A stretch of DNA of 64,000 nucleotides from Trichinella spiralis (Eukaryota), in contig NW_003526944.1 of assembly GCF_000181795.1 (NCBI RefSeq), positions 5,417,816-5,481,815 of the forward strand, written 5' to 3'. Positions within the stretch are counted from its first letter, which is position 1. Every line of letters begins with the position of its first letter. Of this stretch, positions 1 through 10,090 are shown piece after piece. The position numbers and the translations under genes were made by a program. Below the pieces are notes generated by a model. That model did no database searches, had not been told where the DNA came from, and worked only from the letters and a program-made list of their open reading frames with translations.

Positions 1-984
1 TCATCGCCTCCTAGCCACGTGCTGGCCTTCACGATTTGCCGAGATGACGTGGTGAATCCATCTGATCCACCCTCGACGGACCAGATGGCCATTCTGATCC
101 GCCGAAGACGTAGCTTCCGCACCAGATGGCGTGCGTTGCTAGGCAGATGTGAACCGTTACGCCTACAAAGCCTTGCCGCCTCATGCACATCAAATTGCCG
201 TCACACCTGATACTCAATATTAATGTACTGTTCTGCAGAACCAACTCATGTTTGCATACTTACCGTATGATTTACAACTCATCATTATTGATTTAATGTA
301 TTATGCCTACTTATCTTTTCAAATAAAACTCACTACTGTAAGTTGCTGTTTTTTGCATTCCATTTAAAACATTCTAATTAACTATTAAAAACCCTGCTGA
401 AATATGTAGTTACGAGTGATGTTATTATACCTAATTAGAAAATATTATGACCCACTTTTGGGTTTACATTGTATGTTAATCATTTATTAAAAAACTCTCA
501 CTGCTAAAATATGTTGTTTCGAGTGACGTTATTTAACCTAATTAAAAATTAAAATACTCAGTTACTATACTGTTGCATTTACTACTCTATACAATACTAC
601 TGTTGCATTTACGTTGTCTTTTAAACATTCTAATTAGCATATTAAAATTAATCTCATATTTAATACATTGTTTTCCTAGATATTACGGATTAATAACATT
701 CTATTTATAGAAGATTACTTCCTATTTATAAAAAGATTATACTCGTTGCACCTTGTCTAAGCTAATTGTTTATTTCATTTATACGAAGTTTACTTTTGCC
801 AGTACCTAATTAAAGGAGACCCCGATTAACATTTTTATAAGTTAAAAATTTATATTCAAACAATAGCTAATTCACCAATAATTAATACATAAAATTATGC
901 TAATTTAATGTTTACCATATTACATCCCTTTAAACTGTTTACATTACACTGTTTTAAAGTAGAAATATACTTTGACATTACATT

Positions 985-2141
985 CTTTATAGTAAAAAAG
1001 TGCTTTAAACTAAAAAAATTATATTATTATCAGTATTAAATTAAGGAATAATTAGAATCTTTTATATGATGAAATGTAAATGAAGAGCTGATAAACTTTT
1101 CTACTTTGAAGCAGTGTAATGTAAACAAAAACTGAATTTGCCCAATTATTAGATAAATGAACATTAGATTTTATATGTCATTTAAGTTCCTAAATGAATA
1201 AATTAATGTATAACATTTTAAAAAATTTAAACTGTTTAGCATGATTATAAGGGGAAACTCTCGATGGAGATTAATTTCAAAAGTATTATGCCTAAACTGA
1301 TGAAAGGTGCAACGCCAAATGAACTAGTTAAAGGTGTGACGGCAAATCTGATGTCAATCATTGGCCAAGTGTCAGAGCCGGCGTAACAATAACACAAACG
1401 CATAGCGACGCTTACCGTTTCTCTTGGGGAGTAACGATCACCACTAGATTGGCACCGAAACAGAGTCTCGGCACTACGTCAATTGCGAATTTGCATAACT
1501 GCCTCTAGGACAGATACGTCTTACGAATTCACATAGATGTTGAAATCCCATTGCNNNNNNNNNNCATTGCAATCTTTATGGTGAAAAAAGTGTTTGAACT
1601 GAGAGATTATAGATTATCATGTATTAAATTAAGGAATAGTAGAATCTTTATATGATGAAATGTAAATGAAGAGCTGATAAACTTTTCTACTTTGAAGCAG
1701 TGTAATGTAAACAAAAACTGAATTTGCCCAATTATTAGATAAATGAAACATTAGATTTTATATGTCATTTAAGTTCCTAAATGAATAAATTAATGTATAA
1801 CATTTTAAAAAATTTAAACTGTTTAGCATGATTATAAGGGGAAACTCTCGATGGAGATTAATTTCAAAAGTATTATGCCTAAACTGATGAAAGGTGCAAC
1901 GCCAAATGAACTAGTTAAAGGTGTGACGGCAAATCTGATGTCAATCATTGGCCAAGTGTCAGAGCCGGCGTAACAATAACACAAACGCATAGCGACGCTT
2001 ACCGTTTCTCTTGGGGAGTAACGATCACCACTAGATTGGCACCGAAACAGAGTCTCGGCACTACGTCAATTGCGAATTTGCATAACTGCCTCTAGGACAG
2101 ATACGTCTTACGAATTCACATAGATGTTGAAATCCCATTGC
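985..2141. repeat. Near-identical ~570 bp direct duplication (~985-1554 and ~1573-2141) flanking the N gap at 1555-1564; probably an assembly artefact
   Basis: Both copies run from ...attaaattaaggaat to ...gttgaaatcccattgc and differ mainly at their starts. Confidence 0.85.
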
Positions 2142-2949
2142 ACAAGATTTCAAACAGCGTCCATTACCACACAAATGGACAGGGTCATCTCTTTAAAACC
2201 GGTCTCTGGCCAGTACGGGACTAGGAGGCTCCGCCGAGGGAAGTCCCCGTTAACGGGCAGGAGGGCGGGGGGCGGCGCGGGGGCGGTCGGGCTGAAAAAA
2301 AACCTTGCTTGAGATCCCATTGCTGGGATCCGAGCAAGGCGGCAGGCCTCTGGTACCGCAACCGGGAGAGGAAGAGGTGAGCTTTGAAAATATGGACTTT
2401 CATCATTTGATACGGTTAGGGTCGCGTCGTGCAGTGTAACCCGTCGAACTCCTGCACACCACCCTATCTCACATTCCTCCTATCCTTGCACTGCTATTCT
2501 CAAACATTTACTTATTCTAATACTCAAACTATAGCAGTGCTACAAACTCACTATGCTCAAAATGTCCTTTGAAATGATCGTCAAATTATTCAATCATTTC
2601 TCTTTCCGCAAATGAACCCTAAACTCAACTCGACAAGGCATGGGACGTGAAAACGTTCAAATGCGGAAAGCCACTCAAATTTATTATAATAATACTCATG
2701 ATCTACATCCAGTTACTCTAATTAACAAACATCTGAATTAAATGCTCGATAACTTACAGCTCGAATTTATATAAATTACAGACTCAAGAACTCCTCAGTG
2801 AAGTTTAACTAATTAGCCTAACTCAAAGAATTATACTTACCAAACTTACCCCTTGTCTTTGGGATGTCTTCTTTTATCTTCTATTCTTCTGTATCTAAAT
2901 GTTGGAGAATTAATTTAATGAAGTAATGTTTTAATAAATAAAAAAACAA

Positions 2950-3625
2950 AGCCGGTTTTAATGCTCTTCTTCGTCTGTCATCGTATTGAAACGCCATTGT
3001 TCATTCGCCGCACATCGTTCGCCTACAATCATTTGAAATGAGTTTCTGGAGCGACTAATAGTCGCCTCTGGAAAATTTACATAAAGTTCATTTCTACTGA
3101 TTATCAAGTATGAAACGAATTTTCATTTAGTTAAACCAACACTCTCATATAGTTCAAGTCATATAAGCACTAAAGCAAACAAATTGACATATGGTGAGGG
3201 CAAATTTGCATACAAACTAGATAACAGCCGCATGCTTGAAGAGATNNNNNNNNNNCTTTGGAATGACTGCATATATCCTCTAATCATCTGCATCTAATTG
3301 CTGAATAATTTGCTCCTTTTATTTCTGCTTTGCATAATATGTGAAAGTACCGATTTTAATGCTCTTCTTCTTTGTCATTCTATTGAATCGTATTGTGTTT
3401 CACCGCACATCCTGCGCTGAAACTTCCCGAAATGAGTTTCTGGAGCGACTAATAGTCGCCTCTGGAAAATTTACATAAAGTTCATTTCTACTGATTATCA
3501 AGTATGAAACGAATTTTCATTTAGTTAAACAAACATTATTCAAGTCATATAAGCACTAAAGCAAACAAATTGAAAATGTACTCAAATTTGCATACAAACT
3601 AGATAACGCCCATGCTTGAAGAGAT
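2950..3625. repeat. ~290 bp direct duplication (~2950-3245 and ~3350-3625) flanking the N gap at 3246-3255
   Basis: Identical core gaaatgagtttctggagcgactaatagtcgcctctgg...catgcttgaagagat in both copies; ends are more divergent. Confidence 0.8.
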
Positions 3626-5752
3626 AACATTCTATCATATCTTAAAGCATATCTTGCTTTACATTTAACGCGAAAATGAATTGATCAGATGTCGTTCAAC
3701 CCTGCTATAAGTCAACAGTCTGTGTGACTGGCGCTCTGCTAATCTGATGGCAATTTTCAAATGGCCCAATTTGCATAAAAGTCAGGCAATGCTCATGCAG
3801 CCAAATAAACCGGCGTAAGTAAGTTGAATGTGCTACACAGAGATGAATTAGGACATAATCTCAACATAATATAAACAATGTGCCCACGTTGGCTGCGCCG
3901 CTTGATCAACAAAATTAACTGGATGAAAATTTTGATTCATTTATTTTCTTGATGATGTAAAATTTTAAAAACAATATTAAATGATAATGAAATTAAATAA
4001 TTTATGTATGAAAACAGTATTTTTCTGACCTGCATAATAGAGAACACTGTGCGCTTAGTGATATTCCACCTGTTCAATTCAGAATGAAATTGAATGCTAT
4101 AAGCAAGTGAAAATTGAAAAACTTATCGTCTTTTACAGTTAAATCTAGATTATTACGCAAAGTAATAAATTGAAAAATGAATTTGATCAGAGCCTACAAT
4201 GTATAGATTTATGTACTTAAGAATTCTGTATAAAATTGTTGTGCATATTTATTCAAAACCTACGTAAATACAGAAAAATACTGACGCTGAAATATACAAA
4301 GCACAAAAAGTATGAGTACAAAAAGTTTTGACATTGAATTTTTTTCTGAATACAGCTTTTTTCCCTTGCAGTTAAGTTACGCACCGCCACCGCTAATCAC
4401 ACACCAGTGAAACGAGATATCAAATATGGATGCAATGTTCGTTCTTCTCTGATGAGGTCGTTTCTTTCAAACCTTCTTATCAGTAATTTGGCAATTAGTA
4501 TACTGTATAGAACTGTATTTATAATTATTAATTATATTTCCATGCTTTCATTTTTGAAATATACTTCAACTTAATAGATGATGATGTGCATAATAGATCG
4601 ACACTTTGCACGCAGAATTAAAAATTCTTTAAGTGAGATAGAAATTCTTATAAAGATAAATTTTCACCTCACTTCAACATGAAAAGAAAACAAAAATACA
4701 GTTTTACTTTGAAAAATATCTTACTTACATCTAACATATTACAAACTTCACTAACTTAATTAAACAAAGGAATAACTCCTGTTTATAGAATCATCCCAAG
4801 CCAAACGTTACAGAATCAGCATAGAAAAAAATCGCATTTACCCTTTGTGTTCACATGTTTTACTTCGTGTTGTCTGCGTTTTCACTTTTTCTTTATCCAT
4901 TTTTATTCCTGCAAAAGTGATATTAAATGAAAAATTTTGATGCTTTAAACACATAGTAAAAGATGCAACAAATATGAAATTGAATTTTCAAATATATCCA
5001 ATTAATTATTTTCAATTAAATGATAGTTATTTACAAAATAAGTATCAAATGCTTTGAAAAAAACGAAACCAAAATAGAAAAATATGATGCCTTTCAGCAA
5101 TTGAAAACTGACTTCAGTAGTTACTGAACGCCACTAATAAAATCAGAGAATCTTCATAGGGCTGCCACTTGCCAGAAACCAATACAAGATTACTGAGAGT
5201 AAGGAAATTTTTAAAGGACTCTGATTTGCATATTGTGGCGTTAGAAATGGGTTTTAGTGCATTTGAAATTATTCTCAAAGATGAATGCTAACCTGCCGCT
5301 GATGTAATGGAAATTATAGATATTCATGTACAAAGAATTAGTAATGTAGCAGATAGAAACGGTTACATTAAACTTATTTGAATCTGATTTGAAAAAACAG
5401 TTCAAATGTCTTGTAAAATTCACCCAATGATAACTATTTAAAAGTTCAGAAATCACCTTCACTTTCAGAGATATCATCATTTAAAAATTCTGTCAAAATA
5501 TAACTTTTTGACAGAATACGTCATAACAAAAAATTTACTTAATTAAAATATGCCATCGCATGTCTGAATCTGAGATTTGAAAATTCAAAAATGGCCTACA
5601 TAAATAAAACCCATGGCGAAAGCTTTTTAAAAAAATATATAAGCGCACTCCCATCACGCGCTGTAAACAAAATTAAGCAGAGAATCAACATTAAGTAATT
5701 TATCGAAAATTTCTAATTATGTAAAATTTCAAAAATGTTAACACAATGCGAT

Positions 5753-5894
5753 AAAAGGATAGAGGAACATGCTGAACACGCTTGCATCTTTATCAAACTT
5801 CACTCTCTATCCAACTCGTGCCCATTTTATAAGGGTGCACAAGCCGGCATATCAACCTTCAGTGGAATACGAACATGCGGACGTTTCCACTGCC
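5753..5894 (-). ncRNA. Candidate structured ncRNA, array copy 1 (unknown family)
   Basis: 5' GGCAGUGGAAACG...CGUAUUCCACUG hairpin; stem CCGGCUUGUGC/GCACGAGUUGG with 3 G-U pairs; 3' GGAUAGAG...CUCUAUCC followed by UUUU; TTTAAATA at -30..-23. Confidence 0.6.
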
Positions 5895-6249
5895 AATTTC
5901 AAGGAAAACTTTTATATATTTAAAATTAAAAGTATAAATCATTAATGCTTTTTAATTTTTTATTTCTGACCCAAATTTTTGGAATTTTATAATATTTTTA
6001 TTTAAATAATGCCCATTGAAATTCTTTTCAAATACACATTCTTTTCACCACAAATACTGAAATTCTTTTCTTGCATATTTGAAATGATTATTATTCTTTA
6101 AAGCAGTTTCATTTTTGATAAAACCTTTATATGAAAAAAAAGTGTGAAATACCTGCAAAACGCAATGTTGAAATGTTCGAAAATTAAATTTATATACGCC
6201 TTATCATCCACAGTCCACCGCACAGTGTTAGCAATGCTCAGCGCACGAG

Positions 6250-7086
6250 TTATGACAGACAGAAGGAACAGGGACTGCGGAAGGAGTGCTTTGGAAAGTT
6301 TATTAGACATAGATAATTTTTATCCTAAAATGGAACAAACTTTAATATCCGACAATATGAGTACTTTGGAACCACGTGCAGTGTGCATCAATGCGGTTGG
6401 AAATAAAGAATGTTCTGAAGCAACATCTGAAACTGTTCTTGAATTTTTACTAGAAAACCTTAATGAGAAAAGCAGTGGCATTTCCAAAAAGTTGTTCAAT
6501 GCGATGAAAAATAGAATAGAAGAAAGCAGAAGCGTATCACTGTGCGGCTTATTGTATTACATTAATAATCTTTCTTCAAACTACGTTTGCTCATCAAGTT
6601 CAAGTTGTATACTAACCTGGATGAATAAACGAGGCATGAAGGTTACAGCGAAGGAACTGCCTGATAGGATGTTCAAAATCCAGATCAGAATAAACATTAA
6701 CGGATATGGTAATGATAGCGAAAAAAGGGATCTTGATATAAGTGAAAGTATCGCGGACCAATTTGATACACTGATCAGAAAAGGAAAGTATTTTAAATGT
6801 GACGCGATGGATAGTTGTTTTGGTAAAGACATTATGCAAATTATCAAGAACGAAATGGTTTCCTTCGAGCCGATAGCAACGTCCAAGGACAATACAAATA
6901 TCATACGATGCACTTATAACAGTACCAACGACATCCTGTCAAGCTGAGGGAAGCTTCAGCGCAGCTGGACGTTTCGTTACAATATTACGATCGTCTTTGA
7001 AAGACAAAACGATTGATACGCTTTGGTCACTACTTTCACATCTTATGCAAAGCAGAAATAAAAGGAGCAACTCACTTAGCAATTAA
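6250..7086 (+). mobile_element. Frameshifted C-terminal fragment of a hAT-superfamily transposase
   Basis: ORF 6144-6947 contains LEP...LEFLLENL...LFNAMKNRIEESR...GLLYYINN. A shifted frame from ~6920 reads VPTTSCQAEGSFSAAGRFVTILRSSLKDKTIDTL, matching the hAT dimerisation motif P-x-T/S-S-x-x-x-E-R-x-F-S...R-x-x-L. No TIRs seen. Confidence 0.8.
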
Positions 7087-7492
7087 ATGAATTTAATAAA
7101 TGGAAATATTCAATTAATTGGATCAATTAAAAAAAATGGAATGCCTTCCAGCAATTTAAAATAGACTTCAGAGGGCAAAAGTCACCAATTAAAAATTCAG
7201 GTAAAATGCAAACTGCCGGGCTGCAAGCCAACACAAAAAAATTTGTTCAGACAAAACGAGCCTACAGATGTCAAAATTTGAAAATTCAAAATTAAAAAAT
7301 AACGCACATAAATGGAACTCAGGAAAAAAGCTTTTCACATAAATGTAAAGACTTTTGCTTATTGCTTTAAAAAAAATTAAACAAACAAAAAATGTAATTT
7401 ACCAAATATTTCAGATGATGCAAAATTTCAGAAATAATAATGCAGTGATAAAATAAAGTTGAAAAACTTTCCGCACAGAGTATTTTGGTTGG

Positions 7493-7645
7493 AAAACAAT
7501 GCAATTCAGTAATGAAACAAGATATTGAAAGGTTTCATATCTCTGTTCTGTTGAATGGCGGACTTGTTTGCTTCACTTTGTAAGAGTGCGCAAACCACCA
7601 CGTCAACCACCAGTGGAATACGAACATGCGGACGTTTCCACTGCC
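7493..7645 (-). ncRNA. Candidate structured ncRNA, array copy 2
   Basis: Same 5' hairpin; stem GUUUGC-GCACU/AGUG-AA-GCAAAC; long 3' hairpin at 7504-7556; TATAAATA at 7668-7675; ends at UUUU. Confidence 0.62.
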
Positions 7646-8613
7646 AATTGAAAAATATTAATTTTAATATTTATAATTAGAGCATAGTTTTGTTTTTCAT
7701 AAAAGATTTTTTATGAAAGAACAGCATATATAATAAAACTAAATGATGGAAGTGCTCATAAGCAAAATTACTATACGCGTTTCTGACTAATGTATTGCTT
7801 TAAAAAAAAATATTCTTTTCTCCATATCAGATGCTACTTCGACTATATTATAAGATTTGCAACATGAAAATGAATAAATACATTTTATTCAAATACTATT
7901 CAGTAGTTTCTTAGCTCAGCTTAACTCTCTTATTTTCGCTCATTACTCTACATGTAATGAATAATATTAATTTGCGACAATTAAATTTCACTTAATTTAT
8001 TCAATTTTTGAATATAAAAAATTGTAACTGGTGCAGAAATATTAATTGATTTCAGTAATTCGCTTTTAAAAATAATTGGTTTATAATATATTTGTTTTCT
8101 TTTAAAAATATAAATACATGAACAAACCGCTGTTGATTTTAAACATAAAATTTTACACAGAACAGATCTATTCTTAATAATGCTTAATATAATCATGTTC
8201 AATGATTATAAATTAGCGGACGTAATTGAAATAATAGCAATTCATGTAAAGTAACCGGATAATTTAGAGAGTGCATTGCATTAAAAAAGAATAATCATGT
8301 GCAAAAAATAGAGATACCGTGCCAAATTCAACCAATGAAAACAATTTGAAAATTCAAAGATGACCTTGATATTTAAAATTCAGTCAAAATATAAATTACC
8401 GGGCAGAAAACGCCATAACAAAAAATTCACTTAGACAAAACACGCCCCGCATGTCTGAATTTGAGATTTGAAAATTCAAAAATGACCCACATAAATGGAA
8501 CTCATGACAAAAACTTTTCACAAAAATGTAAAGACTCTGGTTTTTCGCTTTGACAAACAAAATTAGCAAATCAAAAATGTAATTTATGAACTTCTTTTAA
8601 TTATGTAAAATTT

Positions 8614-8789
8614 AAAAGAATGCAAATGCCAAGTGTGAAACGAAAGCACTTATCAGAAGTATGTGCTTTTTGGCGTACTAGGAATTCTGCTAGCATTCCT
8701 CTTTGGCTACATCTGCGCGCATTGTAAGAGTGCACAAATGGCCACATCAACCACCAGTGGAATACGAACAAGCGGACGTTTCCACTGTC
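8614..8789 (-). ncRNA. Candidate structured ncRNA, array copy 3
   Basis: Same 5' hairpin (starts GACAGUGG); stem CAUUUGUGC/GCGCAGAUG; TATAAATA at 8812-8819; ends at UUUU. Confidence 0.6.
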
Positions 8790-8983
8790 GAGTGAAATGA
8801 ACTAAGTTTCATATTTATAATTAAAGCAAAGTATTATTATTCTTGATTTTATTTTTGATTTTTAATAAATTTGTTTGAATACAGTATATTAAAAAATACT
8901 AATATCATGTCAAGAAATTAATTTTATAATAAAAATTTCAATTTACGTCTAGCATGAAAATAAAAATATTTCATTTTATCTTT

Positions 8984-8987
<4 letters not shown>

Positions 8988-9013
<26 letters not shown>
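8988..9013. repeat. (TA)n microsatellite
   Basis: Perfect TA run. Confidence 0.95.
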
Positions 9014-9014
<1 letters not shown>

Positions 9015-9501
9015 GATTTTTGCTGTTTTCTCTATGAAATTTATTTGAAACGTTGCAAAGCGTAGATTGCTTGCAGCCCTTCAGTGCTTTTTGTGTCTAA
9101 GGAAGACTGCTCCTCTAATGTTAGAGGTACTCAATCTGAACATCAACCACCAACTCAATAGCAATTAAATGAATTTAATAAATGGAATTATTCAATTAAT
9201 TGGATCAATTAGAAAAATGGAATGCTTTCCAGCAATTTAAAATAGACTTCAGAGGGCAAAAGTCACCAATTGAAAATTCAGGTAAAATGCAAACGATGCA
9301 GACTGACACAAAAAAATTAGCTCAGACAAAACGCACCCACGCCTGTCAAAATTTGAAAATTCAAAAATGACGCACATAAATGGAACTTAAGCAAAAAGCT
9401 TTTCACATAAATGTAAAAACTTTTGCTTATCGCTTTTAGAAAAAAAATTAAACAAACAAAAAATGTAATTAACCAAATATTTCAGATGATGCAAAATTTT
9501 C

Positions 9502-9681
9502 AAAAATAATACTACGAAGTGATAAAGAAGTGTCGAATACTTTACCCTAGAAGTGCTCTGTTGTGTCACTGAGGGACATAAAGCATCTTTGCTTTCGTCC
9601 TTATTTCCACACTTTGTAAGAGTGCAGAAACCCTGAAATCAACCACCAGTGAAATACGAACACGGAGACGTTTCCACTGCC
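9502..9681 (-). ncRNA. Candidate structured ncRNA, array copy 4
   Basis: 5' hairpin with a G-C to G-U change; 11-bp stem GUUUCUGCACU/AGUGUGGAAAU; TATGAATA at 9704-9711; ends at UUUUU. Confidence 0.6.
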
Positions 9682-9922
9682 AATTAATATAATATAATTT
9701 TTATATTCATAATTAGAGCAAAATATTATTATTTGCGACATTTATGTTTGATTTTTAATAATTTTGTTTGAACACAACGTATTAAAAAAGAAATATCCAT
9801 GAAAAAGTTAATTTTTTAAATACATATTTAAATTCATGTGAGCATGAAAATAAAAATATTCCATTTCATTATTAACATATGATTTTTGATATTTAATGTA
9901 TCAGTTCCACTTGAAAAGTTGT

Positions 9923-10090
9923 AAAACGTTCACTGGTAGGTAGCATTTCAGCACTGCTTGCAATTTCAAGGGGGCATTAAGCTGGATGCTTGTACTTCTT
10001 CACAACACCTCCTTTTGTCGTGTTACCATTGGAAGTATTCAAACCGCCACATTATCCAACAGTGGAATACGAACATGCGCTTTCACTGCC
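9923..10090 (-). ncRNA. Candidate structured ncRNA, array copy 5 (divergent subfamily)
   Basis: Shortened 5' hairpin GGCAGUGAAAGCGCAUGUUCGUAUUCCACUG; TATACATA at 10113-10120; different second and third stems; ends at UUUU. Confidence 0.45.

Noticed and set aside
985..3625. Two direct duplications as biological tandem repeats
   Set aside because: Each straddles a 10-N gap with near-identical cores and degraded ends, typical of unmerged contig overlaps
1489..5232. Repeated ATTTGCAT octamer motifs as an snRNA enhancer
   Set aside because: Several occurrences come from the gap-flanking duplications, spacing to the RNA units is inconsistent, and the motif is expected by chance in AT-rich DNA
7175..7250. 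Plus-strand SL RNA (aattcag|gtaaaa)
   Set aside because: The AG|GT is present only at ~7200 and ~9281 and absent from the homologous positions at ~5490 and ~8393; no convincing downstream Sm site on that strand
7611..7647. miR-34 family member (UGGCAGUG seed on the minus strand)
   Set aside because: The stem is only ~11 bp, so a 22-mer would run through the loop; there is no similarity beyond the seed
7611..7647. tRNA or tRNA-derived SINE (TGGCAGTGG and GTTCGTATTCC resemble boxes A and B)
   Set aside because: Both boxes are imperfect and only ~12 nt apart; no cloverleaf, tail or TSD
5860..10090. CRISPR-like array (recurrent ~33-bp palindromic repeat)
   Set aside because: Eukaryotic context, spacing of 0.4-1.8 kb with homologous intervening DNA, and no cas genes
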